Origin: Octopus vulgaris
Lineage: Eukaryota
Length of the DNA stretch: 64,000 nucleotides
Reading direction: 5' to 3'
Assembly: GCA_951406725.2 (NCBI GenBank)
Contig: OX597817.1
Coordinates: 149,606,001 to 149,670,000 of the forward strand
In this document: in pieces, positions 12,632-26,429 of the stretch
Numbering within the stretch: position 1 is the stretch's first letter
Layout of the letters: every line of letters starts with the position of its first letter
The notes under the pieces: generated by a model
Seen by the model: the letters and a program-made list of their open reading frames with translations, nothing else
Told to the model about the DNA's origin: nothing
Database searches by the model: none
Translations under genes and position numbers: made by a program

Positions 12632-12814
12632 TCCGTCAGATAGAAAGATAGGCAGATTGTGTGTGTGGTTGTGTATGCATCTATGTAATTGCGTGTATAT
12701 ATATGGGTGGGTGTATGTGTGCGCATATATGTATGTTTATACACATATATATATGATTGTATATACATATATTATATATATATATATATGCATGTATATA
12801 TGTATGTAAATACC

Positions 12815-12870
<56 letters not shown>

Positions 12871-13349
12871 GACACACATACACGCATGTGTATATATACT
12901 CTTTTATTCTTTTACTTGTTTCAGTCATTTTGATTGTGGCCATACTGCAGCGCCGCCTTTTATTATATATTATATATTACATATTCTTCCGAGGACTCAT
13001 CTCTCTACATTGTATAACCACGACTCGTGAAGCCTCTTCTTTTTTTTCTTTTTTTTTTTTTTGCAGTAAGTATTGTATTTGTTGTTTTGTCTGCCAACAT
13101 CCATTTTTTTTTTTCCAATTTTTCGTTTTATTGCTTTCGATAACTAAAATACTAAAATTATATACATTTGAAGCATTGTTGATTTGATTCTTTCTACACA
13201 ATATTATATATTCTTGAGATATTTACCAATGATGTCCCATTGAATGTATTTAGTGTTGCTTGTTTAGTGACCTCTCTTCTCTGGATTCTCCATAACCTAC
13301 TTCGTTCGTTCTTTTGTTCCCGATAGCTAACTTCTCAACAGCAAGTAGC

Positions 13350-13920
13350 ATCTTTAGATTGATTTATCTCTCTTGCTTTTTCCCTTATTCTTACAATATT
13401 TTCCTATTGACAACCAGTAACAATTCAGTTTTATGAATTAAGAAATCTATCGATGACATACAGCAACATATACGGAGATAGTCAATAATATTTGTTTAAA
13501 TTTTTCTTTGTAGTTTTTTTCTTGTTAATACGGGATATAAAATAACATTTTTAACTTTGACTGCATTCACACAGTCCATGACTGATATTTTTACATTGTG
13601 GGTGCATGCTTGGGATTTAAAATATTTGCTTCTCTATCACGCAGATCGGGTTTCGATCTCAGATAGCGAATTGGTTAATTTGTTAGAACATCGGATAAAT
13701 GGTCTTACGTTTTTTTTTTCTGGTTCTCTGCGCTCTAATTTCAAATCCCTTCAAGATCAACCTTGCATTTCAAACATTCGACGTCGATAAACAAATTATC
13801 ATTCCTATACTGAGGTCTATTCTTCTCCTTCTCTCATCTTCTATGTGGCTCTTAGTATGTCTTTCTAGAAAACTTCAGTTGTGATCCAACCTGGAGTGGG
13901 AAGTGCTTTGCCACGTCTAC
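13350..13920 (-). mobile_element. Possible decayed pogo/Tigger (DDE_1) transposase fragment
   Basis: Minus-strand GWITTEVF* near 13865-13893 resembles the GW(M/I)TxExF motif; the rest is highly degenerate. Confidence 0.3.
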
Positions 13921-15377
13921 AAATACACGAGACATGACGTATGTTCCAATAGCACACCGACATTCCCTTCCACTCCATCAGGATCTAAAGCTGAGGGCCA
14001 CCGACTGACTCCTTGGTCAAGTATTTTCTACCATAGTCTCGGGTCGAGTGTATAAACTTATGTATACGAAAATAGTGCTGAAGACTGTCACATGACATCT
14101 AGCTTATGTTTCGCTTTTCCTCTGCTTCCCTTAGAAAGTCACATAGGACATACAAAGATCATGAACACTTTTATTATATCTCATATCATGTATTTGTGAA
14201 TAACAGCGCCTTTATTTATAGATTTTCAACGAGCTAAACCATAAAATACTTTTATGATATAACGACATTTACCGTCCAGTTTTTACCTTTCCCAAACTAC
14301 TACTTTCGATGATGTGAGGTGTTTCCCTGACTTTTGCGAATATTCTCGCATATAATTCCTGTGATAAAAACCAGTTTACTACCAAAGAATATGAAACCAT
14401 ACGAGCTTTCGAATTTTTTTTTTTTGTTTCCTTTACGTTAGTCGTCAATTTCTTCTTTCGGTTCCATTTGGTCAAAAACAAATAGTCATATTAATTCCTT
14501 CTTTAATTTGTCATCTTTTTTTTTTTACATTTAAAATACCACTTTGAATGGTCGTTTCCACTGGCATATCATAGAGGAAATCGGGACATTCCGGTAGGTT
14601 TGGATCAGTGAAACTAATGCTGGTGGTTACAGATTAGGAAAATAGATTCAAAAGAATGGAATTATTGGTCAACAACTGATTCCATCGTATTTCAGTTATT
14701 GCTGCTCTTTTCTTGGTCGTCGTCGTCGTTGTTTAGACCCAATTCAGCCGGCTTTGAGTAGGCCTGTCATCAGCAACTCCAGTTTTGTGTCCACCTTATC
14801 TTTCTTGAACCCATTCTATTCAGTACCACATTATTCAACGTGTTTTTCTTTCCTAACTTTGTGAGTAATTTGAAAGGGATTTGACTGCTATTTCTAACAA
14901 GCCTAGTGCTTGATGCAGTGATTTCAGTGTTCTTATTGTATAATGGAGCTGTTGTTTCTGTGATTGATGTTGAGAGACATACTTAGAAAGTTATTTTCGA
15001 TCTTCTGTTTGTTTTAACTAAGACAGATTTGAAGGAAGGTTATTGAGTAGCCCTGATTGGACAATGATCAACGATTCTGAGATGCAGAGAAATTGATAAC
15101 TGAGTGAAGATCATATAGAGAGATGTGAGAGACAGCCAAGGATGTAAAGCGATGAATTTTATGTATAAAGGTATGAGAGAGAGAGTCAAAGATGTATAGC
15201 TGTAAGTCTTGTGTATAGAGAAATGAGAGAAGATTACTGGTACACATTTTGTCAATCTGAAAGGATGAAAGGTAAAGTCGACCTCGGCGGAATTTGAGCT
15301 CAGAGCGTAAAAACGGACGAAATGCCGCTAAACATTTTGTCCGGCGTGTTTTCGATTCTGTCAGCTCGCTGCCTTAA

Positions 15378-15480
15378 CCCATTAAGTCCCACTGTCCTAT
15401 AAATAGGAAAATGAGAAAATTGAATAAGCTATATTACATTATTTCAGTGTCCTATTTATAGGACAGTGCAGGGTCATAAA
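15378..15480 (+). mobile_element. piggyBac-like element terminus
   Basis: TTAA|CCCATTAAG start with subterminal inverted repeat CACTGTCCTATAAATAGGA / TCCTATTTATAGGACAGTG; other end not found. Confidence 0.5.
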
Positions 15481-16504
15481 AGTAGAAATATGTGCCCGGC
15501 AGGCAGAAACCGTATTTTGGCCACGATTCCTGATTTTTGTCATCTCAATTCATTTGAACTGCTAATTATCTTGAAGAAACATGAATCTCCTTTCTTCCCA
15601 CTTTTCCCACTACATCTAAAACGATACGACCTTTGTGCTAAGTGAAACGAAAGCAATACATTCTTATCATTTCCCCTTTGGATTATTTCAGCATATTACT
15701 TGCATTGTTTCATTTTATATCTTTCGTTATCCACCATTACCTCCATCTTATTTCTCCACCTAATCTTGCACTTCTCATTTCTCAGATTGCTTTATCACAT
15801 TTTTTTATATATTACACAAGAATTCTTCTTACTTTCTTTTCCTGACGTATAAATCGTTGTGTCAGCATCTTCCTATAACTTTCACAAATGTTTTTAAACG
15901 TTTAGATTTCTCTAAACTGACATATCATTTAATATTTTTTCGATAATGTTATTAAAACTGTTCCAGCAGTCATAGCGCTATACTTCCTTCTTATCTCACA
16001 TCTAATACATGTTTTGGGGAACAATCATTGAAACTTTAAATTGTTTTATGCATTTTTTTCATGAAATTTGATCGCTGAATTATCTCAGCCGATGCGTTCT
16101 TGAGTTTTCTATTTAAACTTTGCAATGTATTCCCTATTTCCCACGCTTACTCGCGGATTAGTGATCGTCCGTAGCGTATATTTTTCATAAAATAGTTAAC
16201 GTGTCATGTAATGTCATTCTACTCCCTTTATTTCAGCTTATTTTTTCTTTTTATTTCAGGCACACGAATTCATTCTCGTACACACATAAATACACACGTA
16301 AATAGCCAAATACAGAAAGATAGGGAAGACCGACAGACAGACGGACGGGCAGACAGACAGACAGGCAGGCAGTCAGGCAGACAGACAGGCAGGCATTCAG
16401 GCAGACAGATAGACAGACAGACACACATACATACATATATATACAGACAGACAGATGGATAGATAGATAGGATGGATAGATAGATGGATAGATGGATAGA
16501 TGGG

Positions 16505-16588
<84 letters not shown>

Positions 16589-17051
16589 CAGATCACAAAT
16601 GTTGGAAGATTAATTTTAGCGACCCTAGAAGGAGAAAAGGTAACAGTCTTCAGGGAAATTTAAATTCATAACATTAAGAAACATAGGTAAATACCGCCGC
16701 TCCACCGATTCTCGAATCTACTGTTTTTATGAATGTATATATTCATGTAAATATATGTTTATGCACGTACGAGTATTATAATGAGGTGTAATGCAAGGAA
16801 ACCGAGTCTGCAACAAGGGTTCGATTCCTGCGAAATCTGACTGTAGATCCGACGAAGAGCTTTGGGAATAGCCAAGCCACTTGTTCTTCACACACTTGTT
16901 AATGTCGCTGCTTTCCGTTGTGATACATCAATTCATTAAACATTGCGTGACGTTTTCACTTAGAAACGCACGTGGCTTGAATCAGGAACGGCATCAGTTC
17001 ACATGTTGAATATTCCTTGCCTCCTAAAGCTGTATATTGATGGTAATAACA

Positions 17052-17280
17052 GGCGGTGAGCTGGCAGAAACGTTAGCACGCCGGGCGAAATGCGTAGCCG
17101 TATTTCGTCTGCCGCTACGTTCTGAGTTCAAATTCCGCCAAGGTCGATTTTGCCTTTCATCCTTTCAGGGTCGATTAAATAAGTACCAGTTACGCACTGG
17201 GGTCGATATAATCGACTTAATCCGTCTGTCTGTCCTTTTTTGTCCTCTGTGTTTAGCCCCTTGTGGGTAGTAAAGAAATA
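17052..17280 (+). mobile_element. SINE family B, full length
   Basis: TSD GGTAATAACA / GGTAATGACA (17042-17051, 17281-17290). Confidence 0.93.
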
Positions 17281-17971
17281 GGTAATGACATCAATATACT
17301 GAGTTTTGAGGGAAAATGCTGTATCCCTTGAGTGGTCAGAGTGCTATCCATCTTCCATATAAACAAATAGCGAACACAGAAAATGCCTTCGCTGACCTGC
17401 CTTACTTACCCGCTTGATGATACCTCCATTTTATAGATCATTGTCTCTTTTTCCATGTCCCAGTACATACATAATCAAGACAGACTCATTACAGGTTGGT
17501 TCTTTAATTTGACAGTAATGTTGTTTTAGTGGTCGCTTATGTGCATCAGTGACTATTTTCAAGTCTACAACAGGAGACATTTCAAGTGCATATTTAAAAT
17601 ATCTTACTTAATTGCTTGTGATATGGAATATTCCTTTCATTCGCAATATGGTACTAAGTCTTAGGGCCTTCTTTTAATTTCAACATCTTTCCTCTTATTT
17701 TATGCCTTATTTCGAACAAATGTTCAAGGATTGCGTCGGCTCATTTACTTGGAGCTGAAGTAATTCACTGCAATAGTGAACTTGTCCTTGTTTCTGAATG
17801 ATGGAATGAATCCGCCATCTATGGTGATGCTAGATCTGAAAAATTTAATCTGCAATGTTCAATAAGTTCCGATAATCTTTAGAAAAAGATTAGAAAATTA
17901 GATTCGAATATGGAGGCAACAGCTATTTTTGTGGCTCTAGAGGTTCAGCCTAGGGAGGTATGGTAATATTT

Positions 17972-18327
17972 CTTTTCTACTCTAGACACAAGGCCCGAAA
18001 TTTGATGGGTGGAGTAGATTAGATTGACCCAAGTACTCAGCTGGTATTTAATTTATCAACCCCGAGAGGATGAAAAGCAAAGTCGACCTCGGCGGAATTG
18101 AACTCAGAACGTAGCGGCAGACGAAATACCTATTTCTTTACTACCCACAAGGGGATAAACACAGAGGGGACAAACAAGGACAGACAAACGATGATATCGA
18201 CCACAGTGCGTAACTGGTACTTAATTTATCGACCCCGAAAGGATGAAAGGCAAAGTCGACCTCGGCGGAATTTGAACTCAGAACGTAACCGCAGACGAAA
18301 TACCGCTAAGCCTTTCGCCCGGCGCCT
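17972..18327 (-). mobile_element. SINE family B dimer (tail i then tail ii)
   Basis: Same AAATA|GGTATTTCGTC junction at 18130 on the minus strand. Confidence 0.9.
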
Positions 18328-19196
18328 TAGATATGGTAACAAATCTAAGAGAACACTGATCCACCATTTTGCTCTACGATGTCATAAACATCTCTAATTG
18401 ATATTGCTAATTACCACCGCACTTAAATTAAATACATCATAGAGCAAACTGATTACAATAAGCGACATTACTCTTTGGCAGTCCCTTTTGTTCGCAATGC
18501 ATAATCTAACTTGATTTCTTCAAATGACTCTTATTTTCTGCCCATGGAAAACCAAATAGTATCAACACTGACGCATAATTGATATGGCTTCTCATTTTCC
18601 TTCTGACTAAATTTTGGTGACAGTGCATAGTGCCTGACGTGGTCGCCTGCTCTTTCTGGGTCTAGAAGTATCAACACAGGCGAGGCGAAACTGATGTTCA
18701 GCTGTTGTCTCATACGTCCTCTGTTCATTAACTTTGAAGGCTTACAAAGAGCTTCAGCCAATTTGGCGCATTTTAAAATTCCATCTTGTTTGCTTCTTTT
18801 GCTATTTTTTTTTTCAATTGACTGATTGAGTAACGCATTAAGAACTAAACAAATATTTGAATAGAATGACACAGTTAGGAGACTAACAACTATCTGTCAA
18901 GGGACGGTGATGATAAGAGAGAGAGAAACGGCTATATACATCTATGTGTGCCCCGATAGTGGGTGTCTGAGTGCGATAGTGTGTGTGTATATATGTATAT
19001 ATGTATGTATGTATGTATATATGTATATATATTATATATATGTGTGTGTGTGTGTATGTATGTATGTGTGTATGTATATATGTATGTGTGTGTATATATA
19101 TATATGCATTTATATACATGTATATATGTATATACATATATATATATATGTACACACATATATATATGTGTATATACTTGTACACATATATATGCG

Positions 19197-19232
<36 letters not shown>

Positions 19233-19234
19233 CG

Positions 19235-19266
<32 letters not shown>

Positions 19267-19356
19267 CATACATATTCACAAACATACATACATGTATTAT
19301 ATGTAGGATATTTGTGTGTGTGTATGTGTGTGTCTGCGTGTGAGTGCCTGTGTGTG

Positions 19357-19403
<47 letters not shown>

Positions 19404-19639
19404 AAAGAGAGAAAACGAGAGAGAGAAAGAAGCAGACAGAGAAAATATTCCATTGAATGCTAGAGTCGGTTTAAACTAAAAATTAAATTTAATAAACTTC
19501 TCTTTTATTTTTTGTCTTCCTGCTCACGAAATGTTTCGTGCCAGGGGACTTAGAACTACCCATTTATGAATGGCGATGACTAAGCAAACTTCAAGAGATA
19601 TACATACGACTCACTTGCATTCACACACACACTCACATA

Positions 19640-19699
19640 TACACATACATACATACATACATACACATGTATATATATATATTCATAATGTATATTTGC

Positions 19700-19749
<50 letters not shown>

Positions 19750-19806
19750 TTGTACGTATTTGAGTGTGTCTCTATATTTCCGTGTATGTATGCATGTAAT
19801 ACACAT

Positions 19807-19864
<58 letters not shown>

Positions 19865-19881
19865 TCATAATGTATATTTGC

Positions 19882-19930
<49 letters not shown>

Positions 19931-19978
19931 TACGTATTTGAGTGTGTCTCTATATTTCTGTGTATGTATGCATGTAAT
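19640..19978. repeat. Tandem duplication of a microsatellite-rich unit of about 180 bp
   Basis: Anchors ATTCATAATGTATATTTGCA and TTTGTACGTATTTGAGTGTGTCTCTATATTTC occur in units starting at 19681 and 19863. Confidence 0.9.
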
Positions 19979-20080
19979 GTGCGTGCGTCAGAGTGGCAAG
20001 TAGCAAGAACGGCGAAATGCACAACTATTGCTCTCGCAGTCACTTCCGAGGCGATTTCGTTTCGCTTGCTTAGCTCAGAA

Positions 20081-20490
20081 GTACTCTCTTTTACTCTCTT
20101 TCACTTCTTTCAGTCATTTGACTGTGGCCATGCTGGAGCACCACCTTTTAGTCCAGCAAATCGACCACAGGACTTATTCTTTGTAAGCCTGGTACTTATT
20201 CTATCGGTCTCTTTTCCTGAACCGCTAAGTTACGGAGACATAAACACATCAGCATCGGTTGTCAAGCGATGTTGGGGGGGACAAACAGACACACAAACAT
20301 ATACACACACATACATATATATATATACATATTTACGACGGGCTTCTTTCAGCTTCTGTCTACCAAATCCACTCACAAGGCTTTTGTCGGCTCGAGGCTA
20401 TATTAGAAGACACTTGCCCAAGGTGCCACGAAGTGGAACTGAATCCGGAACCGTGTAATTCGTAAGCAAGCTACTTACCACACAGCCATG
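20081..20490 (-). mobile_element. SINE family A
   Basis: Full reverse-complement copy. Confidence 0.9.
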
Positions 20491-21739
20491 TTACATTTTT
20501 AACACAATATGACTATAAAGGGACCTTTCTCAGACAAAAATTGCAGCTTCTGCTTTTTAACGATACGTGTATGCTAAATAAACGTTAAATATGTTCTATA
20601 AAAGTTTTACTCTAGTAAAATCTATGTTTGTCTATGTGGGTGGCTTGTGTGTGTAGTATATATGCATGTATGTTATATGCGTGTCTGTATTTATATATAG
20701 ATATTTATATAGTTTATGCATAAACATATAAATATAAACATATATATATAGAGAGAGAGAGAGAAAAAAAGAAAGTGAGAGAGAGGGAGAGAGTATGATA
20801 AACAAGAAGAAAATGGAGAGTATATATATATGAATTCCTTTATTAACATATAGTTAATTAAAACTACCTACAATTGTTGCAATTTTACTTAATATTAATT
20901 ATAAATTTATAAATAAAATAAAATAAAATTCGCATTTAGAATATTATGTGAGTAAAATCCTATCAGGGCTAATTGACATAATAGGATTACATGTTAGGTT
21001 GAGATTTTAAAGCAGATTGAATAAACGAAGATGTGTGTGGAGGGGTGTTAAATATATTTCATAATAAAACAAGAAAACGAAATAAAATAAAACACAATAC
21101 GAATAAAAATAAACATCAGAAAATGCGAATATTAATAAATAAAACAATATTATGTGTGGGAGTATTTGAAAGAATAAATGAATTCGTTTATTTATTTATT
21201 TATACTTGTGCGCGTTAGTATTTTGAAGTAAAAATATAATTAAATTAAAATGTTATGTGCGTGTATTATTCCCGCTTATAATTATTGGTGTGTGTGCATG
21301 TTAGTTCATTTTAAAACAAAGGGACCTTTAAAGTTGGATATACATCAATATCTATTATGTTTACCAGCAAGATTGTCAATTAATATATATTATTAATTTT
21401 CACTAAATATTAACTAATTATTAAATTCATGGATATGAAACACTAAATATTATTATTAATTAAAACTTAAAATTTGGTCTTAATTGAAATTATTTTATAT
21501 ATTTAATCTGCATTAATCCAGAGCTTAGTATAATGTGCATCGCATGATCAGGTTGGGTATTCAATATAAGGAATTCGTGTTTTACGTCATCCAAGATTGT
21601 GTTGTTATTCTAAGACCTCTGTTCTGTTTATAGATTAAAAGACATATACTATCATAATATCTAATCTAGCATAATATAATATAATATATTCATTTATCGA
21701 TTTTTATTGAATAATATTAAATTATGTTTTATTTTATTT

Positions 21740-22550
21740 TATTATACTTTCGAAATACATATTTAGAGGAATGTTTACAAGATAAAACAGATTATCGGCG
21801 GTTATTATAAAGTTTCGAAGTCAAGATTTGATAGATTTCATCTACACATAAGTCTTTTACCAATATTATAAGATTTAGCATGACTAACAATTTCCCACTT
21901 AAGCTTATATTCTTTATTATTATCTTATAGCTTCCAAATAAATTCGCTTAGACCGGTAGAATTCAATTTATTCCTATTCTTAAATGTGGATTCATGGTTT
22001 GCGATTCTACGTTTTACGAAATTCTCAGTAGATCCAATATAAAAGTAATATCTACTTTCTCAGATTCAACTCTACATCTATACACTACATTATTTTGCTT
22101 ACATAAATTATTATAATGACATTTTGCCTTAAATTTACAATCACATCTTTTATTTATATCAGTTATTGCATAATCAGTACCCATATTACTAACGTTTATT
22201 GTATTAGTTATATTAACATTATTTATAGCTTTTTTATTAAAAGGAGAGTCTACATGGGCTACTTCCCTTCCGTCATTGGATGATTTCGTCATTTCATTAC
22301 TGGAATCTGATCTATTCGAATTAGCATTGTTCATATTTCTATTATTATATAAATTATCTAACGTTTTGTTATTTATCGAGACAAATATTCCAAAAATGCT
22401 CTGGGATACAGAGAAACCAATTCTTACAAATTTATTATTAATTATTTCACTAGATTTGTTATCCTTAGTAAAGTGTTTGGAAATAAATCGGTATAAAGAT
22501 TTGATTAAGTTGGTTTTATTTGCTTTACAAGAAGAATAATTTACCATATA
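21740..22550 (-). mobile_element. Penelope-like element remnant: linker and GIY-YIG endonuclease (Naiad-like)
   Basis: KTNLIKSLYRFISKHF, CDCKFKAKCHYNNLCKQNNVVYRCRV, then after a frameshift YIGSTENFVKRRIANHESTF, STGLSEFIWKL*, WEIV, SCKHSSKY. Confidence 0.88.
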
Positions 22551-23299
22551 ATATTAGCCTTATTTTCAATGTGTGATTTACCAAGATTAACATATAGCGT
22601 ATATTGATTGATTTTACTTTTATTTCTATGAATATTATGAATATTATGTTTGATATTCTATATTTAATGTAAACTGTGTAAAGATAAGAGCTACTAATAG
22701 TTTTTTTTCTGTGAAGGCACCTAGCAAGGCAGGTTACAGGGTGTCTTGTTTCTGCAAGCAATCTGCATGCCCTGGGCACATAGACTGTTCTGTATGAAAA
22801 TCAAATCAGAACGCTGATACATAAGAAAGCACAAGAGAAAACGTCTTCTTGATCGCTAACTAGAAAACTATCTGTCTGTAAACGATGATCATGCAAGATA
22901 ACATCACATAAAATTATATTTTAATCAATGAACGAAAAAGAATGGTAACAAACTGAAGACTTGTTTGCATGTGATGTGGGTGTATGGAAAGAAATTTATC
23001 TGGAGGCAGAGTTTATCGACTAATCAAGAGCAGAAGAGATAATCTGAAGCAGCGGCTAGTGATAATTCAAACGCAATGCTGCTTTGTAGATTCAAATAAA
23101 TGTTAAAGAAACCTTTAATGTGAGATGCAGAATCATAACATAATGGTTTTAAGGCAGTTTGTTTTGTAGTTTGACGTCGAAACAGGCACGCATTCACAAA
23201 TGCACAAACACACAAACACACACACACACACACACATAGACACAAAGATCAAAGGTCCTTCACGAGCCCAGAGGTTCATAGAGACATTTTTCCGGATTC

Positions 23300-23530
23300 T
23301 TATTTCTTTACTGCCCACAAGGGGCTACACACAGAGGGGACAAACAAGGACAGACAAACGGATTAAGTCGATGACATGGACCCTAGTGCGTAACTGATAC
23401 TTAATTTATCGATTCCGAAAGGATGAAAGGCAAAGTCGACCCCGGCGGAATTTGAACTCGGAACGAAGCGGCAGGCAAAATAATGCTAAGCATTTCGCCC
23501 GGCGTTCTAACGTTTCTGCCAGCTCGCCGG
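23300..23530 (-). mobile_element. SINE family B
   Basis: Reverse-complement full copy. Confidence 0.9.
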
Positions 23531-23730
23531 GTTCTGTAGGGTGTTTCTGGGTTCAGGGCGTATATGACACCCTCTAGATGGGACACCGGGTGTCACAGGA
23601 TTACTAATTTTGGGACTGGAAAAATGTAAAATGAAGTGTTTCGCTCAAGAACACAACACATCACCCAATCCAGGAATTTAAACCACAATCTTATGATCAT
23701 GAGCACAACACAGTAATCCACGCGCCTTCA
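23530..23730 (-). mobile_element. Old CORE-type SINE with a distinct tail
   Basis: Minus strand GTTGTGTTCTTGAGCGAAACACTTCATTTTACATTTTTCCAGTCC (CORE-like), then AATCCTGTGACACCGGTGTCCCATCTAGAGGG. Confidence 0.6.
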
Positions 23731-23894
23731 CATATAATATATACAATACATACCTTATATTCTCCAGTTTTGCTGTTGAAGCTTTTGTTGTTGTTACTGT
23801 TGTTGAACTCCACATCAGCTCTAAGAAAGCAAATCCGTAGCAAAAAACATTCTGTCTTCTATTAAGGTTTCAGTGCCTCCTTTTTTCATTTATA

Positions 23895-24069
23895 AGCGCA
23901 GGGGTGGCTGTGTGGTAAGTAGCTTGCCTAGCAACCACATGGTTCCGAGTTATTTCCCACTGCGTGGCACCTTGGGCAAGTGTCTTCTACTACCAAAGCC
24001 TTGTGAGTGGATTTGATAGACGGAAACTGAAAGAAGACCGTCGTATGTATATATATATACATATGTGTG

Positions 24070-24122
<53 letters not shown>

Positions 24123-24338
24123 CTGTGGGTCTGTGTTTGTCCCCCCCCCCCCAACATCGCTTGACAACTGATGGTGGTGTGTTTACGTCCCCGTAACTTA
24201 GCAGTTCGGTGAAAGTGACCGATAGAATAAGTACTAGGCTTACAAAGAATAAGTCCTGGGGTCGATTTGCTGGACTAAAAGGTGGTGCTCCAGCATGGCC
24301 GCAGTCAAATGACTGAAACAAGTAAAAGAGTAAAAGAG
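23895..24338 (+). mobile_element. SINE family A
   Basis: Full copy with (TG)n core. Confidence 0.92.
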
Positions 24339-24605
24339 TTATATATAATATTCAAGTGTAGTTTGAGAGGGATTTTACTTCTGTTTCTAGCACTTGTTGG
24401 GTCCATTATTGATAGGCTAGGAGTTGATGTAATGTCGCTGTTGAATCATATTCCATAGACATAACGATTTTACCTACGCTAAACAGCCTATTCTGACACC
24501 CATGCTATGCATTTCAACCTCGCTTTTCATGCTACACAAACTACTAATACACAAATATGGAAACTGTGCTTTTAAATAAGAATACATAAGATCGTTGGCA
24601 CAGTT

Positions 24606-25238
24606 GCAGGCATGGCTGGGTGGTTCAGAAGCTCGCTTAGCAACTCCGTGATCTCACTGCTTTCAGTCTCACTGCGCCGTATTTTGGACTGGTGTCTTCT
24701 ACTGTAACACCGAACAGACTAAGGCCTTGCGAGTAAGTTTGGTTGACGGAAACTGTATGTTAAGACGACGAGCTGGTAGAAACGTTAGCACGCCGGGCGA
24801 AACGCTTAGCGGTATTTCTTCTACCGTTACGTTCTGAGTTCAAATTCGACCGAGGTCGACTTTGCCTTTCATCCTTCCGGGGTCGATAAATTAAGTACCA
24901 GTTACGCACTAGGGTCGATCTAATCGACTTAATCCCTTTGTCTGTCCTTGTTTGTCCCCTCTTTGTTTAGCCCCTTGTGGGCAATAAATAAATAGGAAAC
25001 TGCATGTAAGCCGGTTCTATATACATGTGTATGTGTGTGTGTTTGAGTTTGCGCCTTCTACCATTTGACAAGTTTTGGTTTGTTTAAGTCCCCTAACTTA
25101 GCGGTTCGACAAAAAGAGAATGATAGAATAAGTACCGGTCTTTAAAAGAAACATAAATACCTGGGATCGATCTGTTCGACTAAAACCCTTCAAGGCGGTG
25201 TTTCAGCATGGCTGCAAGTCAATGACTGAAACAAGTAA
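24606..25238 (+). mobile_element. Old SINE A with a nested SINE B (about 24764-24994)
   Basis: TSD GGAAACTGTATGT / GGAAACTGCATGT (24748-24760, 24995-25007). Confidence 0.87.
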
Positions 25239-25239
25239 G

Positions 25240-25550
25240 ACACAGGACCAGACACTGCAATAAGTTGGGGTTCAAGGGCCCTCAACATTTCAATATCTTT
25301 TCCAAAGACTGGAGGGATCTATGTGGAGTAAATGTAGACGTCATCAAAACTAAATTCGATGTCCTACTGCCAAAAGTCCCAAATGAACCAGCTTCAAGGC
25401 AAGAGACTCAAATGAAAGCAGCAACATGAAACTTCATCATTTACCAAATGCCAAACTATTAAATGAAGTTTAATGAAGGTGTAGCAACACCAATTGGCGG
25501 TGTCCCAGCATAGCCACGGCTCTCCAGGCGAAAGAAGTAAAAGAGTAAAG
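25240..25550 (+). mobile_element. 3' end of CR1-group LINE
   Basis: Homologous to the 3' part of 37693-38405; VPNEP motif; tail GGCGGTGTCCCAGCATAGCCAC. Confidence 0.8.
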
Positions 25551-26016
25551 AAGATATCCACCAACAGCGAACACACAGAAAATGTAGAACAGAAGAAAAA
25601 AAATGTTACCTTTATATAAGACGACGACACACGGTTATGTAGATTTTTAGTTAACAACAACGAAGTACTTTTGAATTTATAGTGTATTTACTCTTTATTT
25701 AATCTGTCCCCGCAAAGAATAAGCGTTAAGTTTATGTTATATTAACATCTCAATATAAACGGAAGGAAATTGCTCTAATTTATTTATTTCTTCTTTTTTT
25801 TATGTTTAGGAAATGAATTTTCTTGGTTTCGCGTTCCAAAGAAAATGTGAAAATAATTGCTTGTAGATTTTATGTATAAATTATTGTCCTAGAACTCTTA
25901 ATCTTTGTTCTAAAACCATGTTTTTAGAATATAATTTTGGAAAGTGTGATTTCGTTCTTCTATACTTGTGTATTAAAAGGAACATTAAAGTGTGTATGTG
26001 TGTATAGTCATATGTC

Positions 26017-26063
<47 letters not shown>

Positions 26064-26429
26064 AAATATATATGTGTGTGTGTGTGTGTGTTATGTATGT
26101 ATGTAGGTTGGTAGGTAAAGCCACACAATTGTATATATTCAGAAAAGTCGTAAGGTAATAAATCTATTGTATTCACGCCAAATTTTATAAAGTCGTTTCC
26201 TAACAATCATCTATCAATTGATTAAGATTTTGTGGTTCCTGAAATTTAATATATATACTTATGCGCGTGTGTGTATGTGTGCATCTGTGTCTATAGAGAC
26301 ACACATACACATACACATATATATACTTACATAAACACATACATAAAGTTATATTACATTACGTTTCCATTATATGACGTATACAGTCTGTCTAAATCTC
26401 TTCCTTTAACACCACAGTGATAGAAATAA

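Noticed and set aside
16750-18872. 113 aa ORF at 18531-18872 and nearby minus-strand peptides (ITIDGGFIPSF..KFT), possibly an old non-LTR element or exon; GTAAGT donor near 17409
   Set aside because: No diagnostic motif could be confirmed and candidate exons contain stops; left unannotated
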